Positions 1-10,014 of a DNA stretch of 64,000 bases are shown here, in pieces. The stretch lies in IMG/VR virus record IMGVR_UViG_3300016744_000001; one strand, written 5' to 3'. Below the pieces are notes generated by a model. The model made no database searches and was not told where the DNA came from. It worked only from the letters and a program-made list of their open reading frames with translations. A program made the translations under genes and the position numbers. Origin of the DNA: a virus. Lineage: Duplodnaviria; Caudoviricetes. Numbering within the stretch: the stretch's first letter is position 1; each line of letters starts with the position of its first letter.

Positions 1-1
1 A

Positions 2-1156
2 ATGACCAGTGAAAAACGCTGGTACTACAGTGTCACCAACATGGCGCACAGCATGGCTTTTGCTCAGGTGATCCGTAGCATGCTGGAAACAGCAGTTGCG
101 GTGCACAATGGTACGTTCGAACTCAAAGATCCGTACTACATTCATGCGCTGCAGAACATCGTCGGTGCTGTGGATAGCAAGACTGAAAAGGAACTTGCTA
201 TCCTTAACAAGAAGATGCGCAATTACGATGAAGTCTTGGATGAACAGATCCTCGAAGAGTTCAATCTTATCACCAAGGTGAACATCTTTGACTTCGTCAC
301 CATTGCGTACAACAAGAAGTCCAGAACCGCTTCTCTGGTCACCTGCTTCCAGGACGAAGAAGAAACCTTCAAGAAGCAGTTCGGAACAAGGATCAGGAAA
401 AAGACTTGGCAGATGCTGGAAGATCTCTTCCGTGAGATCTACGCTGTCGAAGACCTGACCAAGGCACCGATCGAGGTCCAGATCAACGATCTCAAGTGTC
501 CGCAGTTCAGAGCTCACCTTGAACTGCTGACCAAGGCATGGTCACATCTGCTCCCGTTCTTGCGGTGTGCGTTTGACGAGACCAGTGCTGAAAAGACAGC
601 AGAATCGGTTGTCTTCCTGGAATCTTGTCTGCCGCTTCTGCCCAAGCTCATTGACAAAGGCCGTTGGATTGGCGGTGGCACAATGAAACCCATCGAGCTG
701 TCAAATGGTGATGTGGTCGATAAGAATACCGAAGTTCTTGTTGATCCCACCGCCAAGAACAAATCTCAGCCGGTATCCAGACAGGTACTTGATCAGCCGG
801 TTGGCCTCAAGACTGAAGTCCATGAACGCCCCCTCTCCACCATGGAGATGCTCACGGGAAAACGCAAAGATGACAATGGCTGGCGCCAGAGTGATCCGAG
901 GACCCGCTTCACTGATCGACAGCAAGAAGATGAACGACCTGACTTCTTCTCCAGGGAACAGGGTCGTTTTCAGAGCCGTTTGAACTTCAGTGGTCGTGGT
1001 AACCGTTTCTTGGATGAACCTGATGATGGCCCGTACAACGATGCACCCAGGTCAGCCTTGGAGAATGCTGCGTTGACGGAAAACTATCGTTCCAGAACCA
1101 GGAACCAGTACCGTGCTCCTCGCAACCAGCAGGACTACTTTGACCGCATTGTCTAA
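2..1156 (+). CDS. conserved jumbo-phage hypothetical protein (possibly 5'-truncated; recalls phiKZ gp77-like core proteins)
   Basis: 384-aa ORF at window edge with a disordered R/D-rich C-terminus; followed by a hairpin at 1164-1192. Confidence 0.45.
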   Translation: MTSEKRWYYSVTNMAHSMAFAQVIRSMLETAVAVHNGTFELKDPYYIHALQNIVGAVDSKTEKELAILNKKMRNYDEVLDEQILEEFNLITKVNIFDFVTIAYNKKSRTASLVTCFQDEEETFKKQFGTRIRKKTWQMLEDLFREIYAVEDLTKAPIEVQINDLKCPQFRAHLELLTKAWSHLLPFLRCAFDETSAEKTAESVVFLESCLPLLPKLIDKGRWIGGGTMKPIELSNGDVVDKNTEVLVDPTAKNKSQPVSRQVLDQPVGLKTEVHERPLSTMEMLTGKRKDDNGWRQSDPRTRFTDRQQEDERPDFFSREQGRFQSRLNFSGRGNRFLDEPDDGPYNDAPRSALENAALTENYRSRTRNQYRAPRNQQDYFDRIV

Positions 1157-1264
1157 CTGATTAGTGAGCCCGGGAGAACATCCCGGGCTCACGTATTTGA
1201 ACTTAGTAATTCTTTTTTGTTATAGATGTGATGATTTCCCAATCTTGTTTTAAGGGGTTTCAGC

Positions 1265-2449
1265 ATGCCAGTTACAGTTGGGTCTAACCGTACTGCGGAT
1301 CAAAGTCAAGAACAAGCCAGTCAATATGGCTCAAATAAAATCTGTGAATTCATTGGTATTGTTGCCAAAGACAAAGAAATAAACAGCAAAGTCATCGACG
1401 TCTTCATCAAAGATCTGACTCCGTTCTATGAAGGTAAGCTTGAACCAAAAAAGCAAGAGTATGATGTCACTGCAAAGAACTACAGTGAGAAACTTACTCT
1501 CTCGAACACAATCAAAGCTACTTGGTACGGTGGGAACACCAACAAACGTTACCCACCGGATGTCAAGAAAGGTGAACAGGTCACGGTCTTCCTCTATAGC
1601 GACCAAGATATCTACTATTGGGATAGTCTTGGTCGTGATGACGACAAGCGTCGTACTGAGCGCACTGAGATCAGTGCAGCCAACACACCGGAAGGTCCAA
1701 CCCCACTCCATCAGGAGAACACATATGGCCTCCACATTGACACCCAGGAAGGCAAGACACTAGACTTGCACACCAGTACCTCAGCTGGTGAACAATTCAA
1801 GTACCAGTTGTTCTTTGATGGTAAAGGTCAGCTTGGTCGTATCTGCGACGATCAGAACAATGAGATCGCAATTGAGTCTTCCATCCCTCGTATCTATGCC
1901 AGAAACAATGAAGGCACCATGATCGAGTTGGCTAAGAAGAATCTGACCCTCATTGCTCCTGAAGACTTGTTGATCAAAGCTGGTCGACAAGCTTGCATTG
2001 ATGTTCCAGCACTTACCTTTAAGAACACCGAGAAAGGTGGTGCCACAGTCATCAATGCTAAAGACTTGGTGATGGAGTGTGAACAGTCCTTTGTTGTAGA
2101 TGCACCTAAGACAGGCTTCAAATCAGCTGTAGAAGCAAACAGTATAGTTTCTGGTCATCACTATGCCACTGGCTACTCGACTATTGAAGGTGGCTATGAC
2201 ACGTATGACAAGGCAGAGATCAACATCGCTGATGGCTCAGTGACCAACTCCTCAGCAGCTGCTAACAATGGAGATGGAAGTGATGCAAGCAACCGGCATT
2301 GCACTGCATTCGAAGACTTCAAAGCAACAATTGATCTCATCTGTGCTGACCTAGAACGGATCGATTCCAAGATCGGTTATGGAAACAACACAGCTGGTAT
2401 CAGAGCAGCAGCTGAAAAAGCAATCATGAATCTCAATAAAGGTAAGTAG
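1265..2449 (+). CDS. putative baseplate central spike / puncturing protein (phiKZ gp164-like)
   Basis: NKRYPPDVKKGEQV..YSDQDIYYW motif typical of jumbo-phage spike OB-folds, followed by beta-rich repeats. Confidence 0.6.
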   Translation: MPVTVGSNRTADQSQEQASQYGSNKICEFIGIVAKDKEINSKVIDVFIKDLTPFYEGKLEPKKQEYDVTAKNYSEKLTLSNTIKATWYGGNTNKRYPPDVKKGEQVTVFLYSDQDIYYWDSLGRDDDKRRTERTEISAANTPEGPTPLHQENTYGLHIDTQEGKTLDLHTSTSAGEQFKYQLFFDGKGQLGRICDDQNNEIAIESSIPRIYARNNEGTMIELAKKNLTLIAPEDLLIKAGRQACIDVPALTFKNTEKGGATVINAKDLVMECEQSFVVDAPKTGFKSAVEANSIVSGHHYATGYSTIEGGYDTYDKAEINIADGSVTNSSAAANNGDGSDASNRHCTAFEDFKATIDLICADLERIDSKIGYGNNTAGIRAAAEKAIMNLNKGK

Positions 2450-2450
2450 C

Positions 2451-3221
2451 ATGCCAGAATTCAACAATCCATTTGAGCAAACTGATTCCATACAGGATAG
2501 CATTGCTCAGCAGTACAAGGACATTGACATTGGGTCTACTCTTCAGAATGATCTTCAACTGAAGAAGTCCATGATCAATCTGACCAACAACACCAAGATC
2601 AAACTGCAGTCGTATCCGATCAAAGGATCTACTCGCAAAAAGATCGTGATCACCAGAGGAAGATTCTTCAAACGTCAGAAAGTAGAATTCATGGTTCAGA
2701 TGGATCAAGATCAGTACATCACTGGTCTAGCTGAACTGGAGAAAGTCTTCATGGTCTTCATGAAGAACTTCGTCAACCATGAAAAGATGCTCTCTGATAT
2801 CGGATACGATATCTTCCACAAGACCTTTGATGTGACCAACTTGGATGCTCTCCCTGAGACCATGTACCACATCCAGAATGTCCTGACCAAGGACCTCCCT
2901 ATGTGGACACGATTCAAGAAGCTCTTTGCGATCATTGATCTCACGATCGAACCGATCATCGTGTCCACTGTCAAATGGAAGATGTTCAACTATCTTCTCC
3001 ATCAGAGGCGGGTCACGCTTGTTGACCAACATGACTTTGATGGTAAGATCACCATGGTAACACCTCCGGCAGAAGTACATAAGGTCCTTGACCTGTTTGT
3101 CTTCATGCCTTACTGCTATCTCTTCTTCCTGTACAAACATCTGAACATGGATAGGTCCTTGGACCAAGTGATCCTCAGTAAGATTGAACCAATCAATCTG
3201 GCTGGTGATAGCAGTCAGTAG
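2451..3221 (+). CDS. hypothetical protein
   Basis: 256-aa ORF starting 2 nt after the spike gene stop. Confidence 0.7.
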   Translation: MPEFNNPFEQTDSIQDSIAQQYKDIDIGSTLQNDLQLKKSMINLTNNTKIKLQSYPIKGSTRKKIVITRGRFFKRQKVEFMVQMDQDQYITGLAELEKVFMVFMKNFVNHEKMLSDIGYDIFHKTFDVTNLDALPETMYHIQNVLTKDLPMWTRFKKLFAIIDLTIEPIIVSTVKWKMFNYLLHQRRVTLVDQHDFDGKITMVTPPAEVHKVLDLFVFMPYCYLFFLYKHLNMDRSLDQVILSKIEPINLAGDSSQ

Positions 3222-3703
3222 TCACGAGGTCCACAGGCCATCGTGTGACTACTGACTGCGATGATAATAAACCTGTCTTTGTTCTTATATTAGACTACTA
3301 CTCCCTTTGTAGGGGAGTAGTAGTCTTTGTGTATATTTCAATTTCAATTTGTTTGTATCTTATGTTTAAAGTTTCAAGTGACTGGTTGCTGGTTGGCTTC
3401 ATCCTTGGAAGGAATGAAGACACGATGTGAAACGAGTGTCTGAGTGACTGACCCCTGTCTTTCCCTCTTATCTCTCTTCACCCATGCGACGAGACCTTCA
3501 GGCGAGTGCATGGTCCGACAAGACTCTTTCCACACTCCGTATATATACTCTCTAGGGCCGGAGGCCCTATTAGTGTGTGTGTACGCATCACATAATAAAG
3601 ATGGTAAAGAATTAAAAAGATACTTTATATAAAGCAAAGCTACTATCTCCTACAAGGGAGATAGTAGTGAGTGTGAGAATGTGAATCAAAGAAATAAAAG
3701 TTA

Positions 3704-3719
3704 TATATCACCAAGGTGA
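3704..3719 (+). promoter_or_regulatory. phage early promoter motif TATATCAC-N6-GA
   Basis: Matches a motif repeated 10 times in intergenic DNA; resembles the phiKZ early promoter TATATTAC. Confidence 0.7.
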
Positions 3720-3776
3720 TGCGATTGTACGCACAAAACATTTCTCTATCTTAGCAACGAGAAAAAAGGAATAGAC

Positions 3777-4178
3777 ATGAACAACATCCTGCTTGGTAAA
3801 CTGATCATCAGAACCAGTATAGGATTCTTTATCTTGATGATCATCCTCAACATCATGGTGCTGCAGATGAAGGTGTTCCCTTATTTCAACAGTCTACCTG
3901 ACGGTTACCCAGTTGACCAGCAAGATTACTGGATGAGAGTCTTGCTCAAATATCTGAGATTTCATGTACTTAATAGTCTTCTCAGTCTTCTGATCATTCA
4001 TGTAGCTAAGTTGCTTGATGTTTATCAAAGTCGGGACAATGCAAAAATTGCAACAATGTATCATCTACCAGTACGAGAAACATCACTCGAGGTCTTTACT
4101 GCGATAACCATCGTGCTAGTGAATGGCACCATGAATATCTGGATGTTGGCAGATACCAGAACATTAAACTTATTTTAG
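3777..4178 (+). CDS. small multi-pass membrane protein
   Basis: About 3 hydrophobic segments; AAGGA RBS. Confidence 0.75.
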   Translation: MNNILLGKLIIRTSIGFFILMIILNIMVLQMKVFPYFNSLPDGYPVDQQDYWMRVLLKYLRFHVLNSLLSLLIIHVAKLLDVYQSRDNAKIATMYHLPVRETSLEVFTAITIVLVNGTMNIWMLADTRTLNLF

Positions 4179-4188
4179 GAGATCAGTG

Positions 4189-4305
4189 ATGCTCGATCGA
4201 CAGGATGTCTACATGCTGATCTTTGCAGCGGTGATTGTTGTTGGGATGCTCACTCTTGGGGTGGTGGGTCTGATCTATAAATTTTACGGGTGGGTCACTA
4301 CCTGA
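4189..4305 (+). CDS. 38-aa single-TM peptide (not in ORF track)
   Basis: AGGAG RBS; translates to MLDRQDVYMLIFAAVIVVGMLTLGVVGLIYKFYGWVTT. Confidence 0.6.
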   Translation: MLDRQDVYMLIFAAVIVVGMLTLGVVGLIYKFYGWVTT

Positions 4306-4324
4306 TTGATGTAGGAGTCTGAAA

Positions 4325-4714
4325 ATGAACATAATCACAAAGAGCTTTTCTGTATGTATCTTGGCTATGTTTAGTCAGATTGTTTACATGCTGGATCAGG
4401 TGAAGGAGATGGTCAAGGTAGGACTTGATGTCATCGAACTGGGAATCATCTACTTTTTACGGATGTCACTGGTGATCATCATGTTGGTCGCTATACTTCT
4501 GGCTCCTGGTTCGGAAGAGATCTATCACAACAACATCTTCGCCACCTGGTGGACAATACTCCACTATGGGATATTTACCGTGGTGACGGACCTTTTTTAT
4601 CATTGCGATGAAGGTAGTCTTGCTCGGTCGGTGTTCTTTGTGTTATTTGGCGCACCACTCATGTTGATCGTCAAGTATGATGCATCAATGGTCATTCCAC
4701 TCTTACTCTGCTGA
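4325..4714 (+). CDS. small multi-pass membrane protein
   Basis: About 4 hydrophobic segments; AGGAG RBS. Confidence 0.75.
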   Translation: MNIITKSFSVCILAMFSQIVYMLDQVKEMVKVGLDVIELGIIYFLRMSLVIIMLVAILLAPGSEEIYHNNIFATWWTILHYGIFTVVTDLFYHCDEGSLARSVFFVLFGAPLMLIVKYDASMVIPLLLC

Positions 4715-4722
4715 GGTGAGTA

Positions 4723-5079
4723 ATGTCTATCTGGGAAAAGTTCACTTGGTTTTTCAAGGCAATCCTCGGGGCACTGCTTGGCCTCTCGATCTGGTCATGG
4801 TTGTATCTGATCCCACAGCTCCCGAAACACCTCAATGATGACCGGTTGTACAATCTGCGTGTGGAAACCTTGGGAAGTATCTACGTTTGTGTGGTCGCCA
4901 TCTGTGGCATCTACGCCACAGAGTGGGTCATGCAGTGTCTGATGAAACGGACGGAAGATGATGCCAAGTTTATCTTCAAGACTGGCGCTCCTGTCATGGG
5001 TGCGATCCTCTGTGGGGTCTATGGTGCCTACACAGGGAATGTCTTGTTTCAGGTGATCCTGATCACAAAACCATTTTGA
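4723..5079 (+). CDS. small multi-pass membrane protein
   Basis: 3 hydrophobic segments; GAGGT RBS. Confidence 0.75.
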   Translation: MSIWEKFTWFFKAILGALLGLSIWSWLYLIPQLPKHLNDDRLYNLRVETLGSIYVCVVAICGIYATEWVMQCLMKRTEDDAKFIFKTGAPVMGAILCGVYGAYTGNVLFQVILITKPF

Positions 5080-5087
5080 GGTATGCC

Positions 5088-5396
5088 ATGACTGAACACA
5101 ATCCCGTGCTGGACCGTGCTGTCTTGTGGGCGATGGTCCTCGGCTTTGGGTCTTTTACTCTGGCGATCTGGCTGAGCTTGAAATGTTATCGGCTCAACGA
5201 GATCACTGAGATGTTGGCAGTGGCCTCTACGATCTTCATCAGTGGGATCATCTATGTCGCTTCTGGTGTCTCATCGATCAAGTTTGTGAAAGGGGCACAT
5301 GGCCCTCTGTGTCTGATGGTCCTGATCCTCAGCACTGCCAGGATGCTGATCATCTCAGCAGTAGCGGTCCTCTGGTATATCCAACAAAGTTACTAG
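5088..5396 (+). CDS. small multi-pass membrane protein
   Basis: 3 hydrophobic segments; ATG at 5088 follows GAGGT. Confidence 0.7.
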   Translation: MTEHNPVLDRAVLWAMVLGFGSFTLAIWLSLKCYRLNEITEMLAVASTIFISGIIYVASGVSSIKFVKGAHGPLCLMVLILSTARMLIISAVAVLWYIQQSY

Positions 5397-5404
5397 GAGT
5401 GAAC

Positions 5405-5731
5405 ATGAACATGTATCACTTACGTCTGGTTCATGGATTCTTTTTCATGCTGTGGACCGCTGAGTTGTTCTTACCACAGACAGTGACGTCTAATTTCAAT
5501 TTGATCTTTGTGTTTAAATTGACCCCAGTGATGATGATTGCATCTGTCGCAATCATCATCGATGTCATCCTGAAAGGTTATAAGAATCCAGAGGGAACAT
5601 TCTTTTTCTGGATAACTTTCTGGTTGACAATTGGTGTCCAAGTGATCTGTCTCTATCACATTGGGAAGGCAATCTTTGAATGGTTTGATTGCCTTCTGTG
5701 GTCTGCCCGATATCACCCACTGCTTTTCTAA
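5405..5731 (+). CDS. small multi-pass membrane protein
   Basis: Start moved to the ATG after AGGAG; 3 hydrophobic segments. Confidence 0.7.
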   Translation: MNMYHLRLVHGFFFMLWTAELFLPQTVTSNFNLIFVFKLTPVMMIASVAIIIDVILKGYKNPEGTFFFWITFWLTIGVQVICLYHIGKAIFEWFDCLLWSARYHPLLF

Positions 5732-5785
5732 GTGGCATTCTCCTAGCTATCGATAATCTGAAGGAATAACATTTAGGAGAATATC

Positions 5786-6178
5786 ATGGACCGCAAATAC
5801 GCCAAAATCATCGAGCAACTCTGCACCCGGATGATCAGGTACGGCCTCTTGTTGACATTTTTAATCGGGCTTGCTTACAGTTACCTCGAAATCTATTGTT
5901 TGACGGATGTCAATATCCACCAGGCGTACTGTGGTTTTGCCGGGCTACTGTTTGTTGGTAGTTATGCCATGTTCGTATTGGATCGTCGGATACGTCGGTA
6001 CCTCCGGCAACTCATCCGGCACACAACAACCACATGGTTGTTCAGGAAAGCAATCGCTTTGGCGTTTCTTCAGATCGCTGAGAACTTCTTAGTGGTCCTC
6101 TCCCCATTGACGATGACAGCAGCTTGGGGTATCCTTTTTAAAGAGGGGTTCAGTCTACTCTTTATCACTTGTTGTTAA
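5786..6178 (+). CDS. small multi-pass membrane protein
   Basis: AGGAG RBS; 3-4 hydrophobic segments. Confidence 0.75.
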   Translation: MDRKYAKIIEQLCTRMIRYGLLLTFLIGLAYSYLEIYCLTDVNIHQAYCGFAGLLFVGSYAMFVLDRRIRRYLRQLIRHTTTTWLFRKAIALAFLQIAENFLVVLSPLTMTAAWGILFKEGFSLLFITCC

Positions 6179-6194
6179 CCACAGAGGTGAAGAT

Positions 6195-6572
6195 ATGAGA
6201 ATCTTTTTCTGGCCATTGAAGCTGATGCGTTTTAGCTGGGTATACGAAAAGCTTTCTCTCATCGGTATCGGCAGCATGCTATTAAACTTAGTTGCCAACT
6301 GGTTTCTTATCAAGAACCCTGACATCATGGCAGTGAACATGTTCAGCTTCATGATCCTTGTCGGATTCTTGCTGGTTGGTAACATCAGTCGAGTCCTCAA
6401 GCATGAACATGTTGAACTGAATATCAGGTATCCTTATCTTGGATTTGACAAGGACACTCGTTATCGGTTTATCAGTCGTATCTGGTATACATTTGTCACG
6501 GTGTTCACGACAATCATTTTCGTGATTGCTTGGACTACATTAGCATCGATCATCATCCTCCAGTCTGGTTAG
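6195..6572 (+). CDS. small multi-pass membrane protein
   Basis: GAGGT RBS; 3 hydrophobic segments; hairpin 6577-6603 follows. Confidence 0.75.
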   Translation: MRIFFWPLKLMRFSWVYEKLSLIGIGSMLLNLVANWFLIKNPDIMAVNMFSFMILVGFLLVGNISRVLKHEHVELNIRYPYLGFDKDTRYRFISRIWYTFVTVFTTIIFVIAWTTLASIIILQSG

Positions 6573-6647
6573 ATGAGTATCCCAGGGCATTGCCCTGGGA
6601 TACCTTTGATAGAAATATTTAGTTTTTGATCAATGAGTATTTATCGA

Positions 6648-6663
6648 TATATCACCATTGTGA
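6648..6663 (+). promoter_or_regulatory. phage early promoter motif
   Basis: TATATCAC-cattgt-GA. Confidence 0.65.
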
Positions 6664-6794
6664 TGTGTTTTATACACATGAACAAATTTCATTTCTCTGC
6701 AAAAATAAGTCAAAGCTAGACAAGTATTCATCTTTCTTAAAAAGGTTGCTTAGAATCAATCCTGAACGCATTTTGAGCTACTTGTGGAGGGGTC

Positions 6795-7250
6795 ATGGGG
6801 TTAGGAGTAAGCAGACGATTTCGTAATGATCGTAAATGGAAATCAGCCATGCGTGTCTACCGTGACACTGGCTATAAGAACTATTGGTACCATGCTTTCC
6901 GTCGGAGGATACGTCGGTACCGAAAAAAGAACATGGAGGAAAATATGGTCAATCCACAAAACAAGTTGCATTTGCTGATGATTGCTTGTTCGGCATTTGC
7001 CCTCTTGGTCACAATCGCTTTGGTTTTGGTGAACTACTTTGAGTGGTTCACGTTTATTCGTGAAACCTGGTGGTTGCTGATCAACGTGAATCTCGCCCCA
7101 GCGATCTTTGTGTATCTGTTGATCTGGCGGGCACCAGAACAGATCATGAAATTGTGGCGACCAGCTGTCCTTTATGGCTTTCTCATCCCCATGATTGGCG
7201 GACCACTTGGGGTTTTGATGTCAACACTGGTCTTGATCAAAACGGCATAA
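6795..7250 (+). CDS. membrane protein with basic N-terminus (alternative start at 6945)
   Basis: GGAGG precedes both 6795 and 6945; 3 TM segments in the C-terminal part. Confidence 0.65.
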   Translation: MGLGVSRRFRNDRKWKSAMRVYRDTGYKNYWYHAFRRRIRRYRKKNMEENMVNPQNKLHLLMIACSAFALLVTIALVLVNYFEWFTFIRETWWLLINVNLAPAIFVYLLIWRAPEQIMKLWRPAVLYGFLIPMIGGPLGVLMSTLVLIKTA

Positions 7251-7295
7251 CCCAGATCTAGGAGCATCACTGCTCCTAGATCTTCAGGAGAGACA

Positions 7296-7931
7296 ATGAA
7301 AATCTTTTCATGGGTAAATCAGAAGTTGGGAAAGTTCAGCCGGTGGCTTGATCTGAAGATATTTCAGATGTACGTCAGACAAATCACGACACTTGTGAAT
7401 GATCGACACATCACAAATGCTTCTACCGATCGCTTTGGGATGAGTATCATTGGTGCGTCATTTGTACAGACTAAAACCAATGACATCATTAAAGTGTACT
7501 ATGTCTTAGCCAACCGCTTCTTGACGTACATGTTTCGAAAGGAACATCAACAGGCGCTTGGGTTAACAATGATGTCCACACAGTACGCAATTGTGTTGGT
7601 TAACGATCCAACAATGCAGTTGAATAAAACCTTAAGCAATGCCGTGGTTTTTCATGAACTTGGTCACATTGTGAAAGGTCATTTCGATACCGACATGCTT
7701 GGGAAAGCTACGTATTTTGTTGGAGATATTTCCAAAGAACTGGAAGCAGATGAGTTTGCCGTACAAGCTGGATATAGCCAACAACTGCAGGATGTGTTGT
7801 CTAACGCGTTTGCTAGTCTACCTTTTAGTTCGAAAGATATTCCAGCATTGAGAGAACGATTGATCAAGGTGATCGAATTTGAAATTGATCACCCGAATAT
7901 TCAGCAGCAACGCCTTCATTTGCTCCAGTAG
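7296..7931 (+). CDS. putative zinc metallopeptidase (HExxH)
   Basis: VFHELGHIVKGH plus downstream ELEADEFA motif. Confidence 0.7.
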   Translation: MKIFSWVNQKLGKFSRWLDLKIFQMYVRQITTLVNDRHITNASTDRFGMSIIGASFVQTKTNDIIKVYYVLANRFLTYMFRKEHQQALGLTMMSTQYAIVLVNDPTMQLNKTLSNAVVFHELGHIVKGHFDTDMLGKATYFVGDISKELEADEFAVQAGYSQQLQDVLSNAFASLPFSSKDIPALRERLIKVIEFEIDHPNIQQQRLHLLQ

Positions 7932-8079
7932 GGGTAGGGGAAACCCTACCCCTACGGAGGTGTGACCTAGCTGAGCGCAATCACTGCTGATCCGGCTATC
8001 CGCAGTGATGTCAACCAAGTCCTTGGTAAGCGCATGCATACAGTGTTCGCCGGAATGTGAATGAAAGGATTTATTGCGC

Positions 8080-8095
8080 TATATTACCGACATGA
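8080..8095 (+). promoter_or_regulatory. phage early promoter motif
   Basis: TATATTAC-cgacat-GA. Confidence 0.7.
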
Positions 8096-8139
8096 TCAAT
8101 CTCTGATCAATCAACACAACAACTCCTAAGGAGTACATC

Positions 8140-8976
8140 ATGGCTAACGAATTTTTCAGGGAACTGCTTGAACACATTGCCAAACAGTCTTCTACCACTC
8201 GCTCCAGCAACTCGGTTGTCTACATGCAGGAAATGGGCATTGCTGATCCCGAGATCGACGCGCTCAGCGGCCGTGAACAGTCCGATCTGGACGACAAGAA
8301 AACCAACGAACTGCTCAATGTGTTTCTGGCCATGCAGCAAAGCCCTGTCCCTGATCCGGATGTCACAGTCATTCATTTTGACAAGGACGCCATGCGTGGT
8401 GATCCTGAAGACACTTTCTTCTTCAATGCTGAAACCATGCGCAACATCGCCGGCAAGCTGACCGCTCGTGAAATGTCCGAGCTGTTCGTGTTCATCAACT
8501 CTACGTATTCCGCCATTCGCAAGAATAATGCGCTTGTGTCACTCGTGCATGTACCGACGTTGCGGGCTTACTTGGAAGAATGGCTGCAGCCATTCCTGCG
8601 GGAAGCCAAGTATGATGGGTTGATGCTCCTTGGTCTGTACAACGTGTATGACGTTGACGGCACCGCCATCACCAACTATATGGAAGAACTCGCTGCCAAA
8701 GAGCAGACTGCTGTTGCGATACCGGAAGATATTCTTGCGCAGCTCAAGACGCCGGCCTGCACCGTCCTGCTCCCCACCCTGGCCGATGACTTTCTTCCTG
8801 ATCCTCGTGGTTTGGAACTTCGCCCACTGGCTAATGGACTGATTCGGCTGGACTCGTTTGTGCTTTTGCACAAGCGGTTTATTGTCAGCTTCAGCCACAT
8901 CAACAAGGTAATTGCATTTGCTGACCCTGCCGCGATCTATGCAAAGATGGGTTTCAGTGGTGGTGGTGAAGCGTAA
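8140..8976 (+). CDS. hypothetical early protein
   Basis: AAGGAG RBS directly after the promoter; GC-rich third codon positions. Confidence 0.8.
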   Translation: MANEFFRELLEHIAKQSSTTRSSNSVVYMQEMGIADPEIDALSGREQSDLDDKKTNELLNVFLAMQQSPVPDPDVTVIHFDKDAMRGDPEDTFFFNAETMRNIAGKLTAREMSELFVFINSTYSAIRKNNALVSLVHVPTLRAYLEEWLQPFLREAKYDGLMLLGLYNVYDVDGTAITNYMEELAAKEQTAVAIPEDILAQLKTPACTVLLPTLADDFLPDPRGLELRPLANGLIRLDSFVLLHKRFIVSFSHINKVIAFADPAAIYAKMGFSGGGEA

Positions 8977-9030
8977 CCAGCTAATACCAGATGAACCACT
9001 GTTTACCAATCTCAACATAAGGAGCGCAGA

Positions 9031-9246
9031 ATGCGTTGCACACATTGCCAGGGCATCAATCTTGAAGCTGGATATACCAACAGTAAAGGCAAAACCGATA
9101 CGGTCATCCAGCAAGTAATGGATCGCAGTACTCATGGAAACGTGTATCAGTTCTTGGACTCGGATGATGGTAAACGGATTCCGAATTCCAAATTGGTACA
9201 TTGCGTGGATTGTGGAAAAGATTTCCAAAATCCTTTTGTTTCTTGA
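9031..9246 (+). CDS. zinc-ribbon protein
   Basis: CTHC...CVDC; AAGGAG RBS. Confidence 0.7.
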   Translation: MRCTHCQGINLEAGYTNSKGKTDTVIQQVMDRSTHGNVYQFLDSDDGKRIPNSKLVHCVDCGKDFQNPFVS

Positions 9247-9261
9247 GTACGGAGATGCCTT

Positions 9262-9573
9262 ATGGAAATCTCCGCAATCCAAGACTGGTGCCGTAACAAT
9301 GGGATCACCTCCAGAGAACTGGCTCGTAAATGTGGATTGAGATATGACGAACTACGACTGTTAGCAGTTGGTCACAAGTCGCCAGTTATTACCAAGAACA
9401 CCTCGCAAGGGTTGTATGCTCAGTTGCGAAAGGACACAAAAAACATCCTTCGCTTTACTGGTTGCAGTCTGTACGAGTTGTTCCCAGCATTGGCTGATCT
9501 TGGGCTCAAGTTTGATGACCGCGTCGAATTCGACGGGATTGAAGAAGTTGCCAACCTTGAGCACTTCATGTAG
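9262..9573 (+). CDS. HTH-like DNA-binding protein
   Basis: NGITSRELARKCGL resembles an XRE-type helix-turn-helix. Confidence 0.55.
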   Translation: MEISAIQDWCRNNGITSRELARKCGLRYDELRLLAVGHKSPVITKNTSQGLYAQLRKDTKNILRFTGCSLYELFPALADLGLKFDDRVEFDGIEEVANLEHFM

Positions 9574-9619
9574 CGACTAAATGGGACCGGAGGCAAATGC
9601 CTCCGGTCCCATGGATTTG

Positions 9620-9985
9620 TTACACCGCAATTTGTTTTTTCACTTCGCCTTGCTTACTGCGAAGAGTACGGTACGTATCGTACAGTGTTTCAATGGTACT
9701 CATGCTGGGGATGATGATTTCTTTCAAGTTCTTGAAGTGTTCCCGATCTTGGATACGGTTGATCCAGAGTACCAGCCAATCTGCCGCTACTGGCAATCCT
9801 TTGGACCTCAGGTATTCTTTAGGCCGGTACTCGTACATCGCCATGGCATTCGCAGGAATGGTTACCGTTTGTGAGTTTTCAAGAATAGTCGCTCGGTGAT
9901 CCTGCAAGTACAAGCGATATTCAAAATCATCTTGATTGAACATTGGGTCGTAATGCTTTTTCATCATCGTTGCGAGCATTTCCAT
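9620..9985 (-). CDS. conserved small jumbo-phage protein, possibly baseplate wedge (T4 gp53-like)
   Basis: WLVLWINRIQD...IIIP pattern; divergent from the nvRNAP beta gene. Confidence 0.45.
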   Translation of the reverse strand: MEMLATMMKKHYDPMFNQDDFEYRLYLQDHRATILENSQTVTIPANAMAMYEYRPKEYLRSKGLPVAADWLVLWINRIQDREHFKNLKEIIIPSMSTIETLYDTYRTLRSKQGEVKKQIAV

Positions 9986-10014
9986 TGTTGATTCTCCCGT
10001 AAAGCGGTGAGCTA

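Noticed and set aside
5988-6921. 15-nt repeat GGATACGTCGGTACC (RIRRY) in two membrane genes
   Set aside because: Only two short copies inside coding DNA; not enough to call an element
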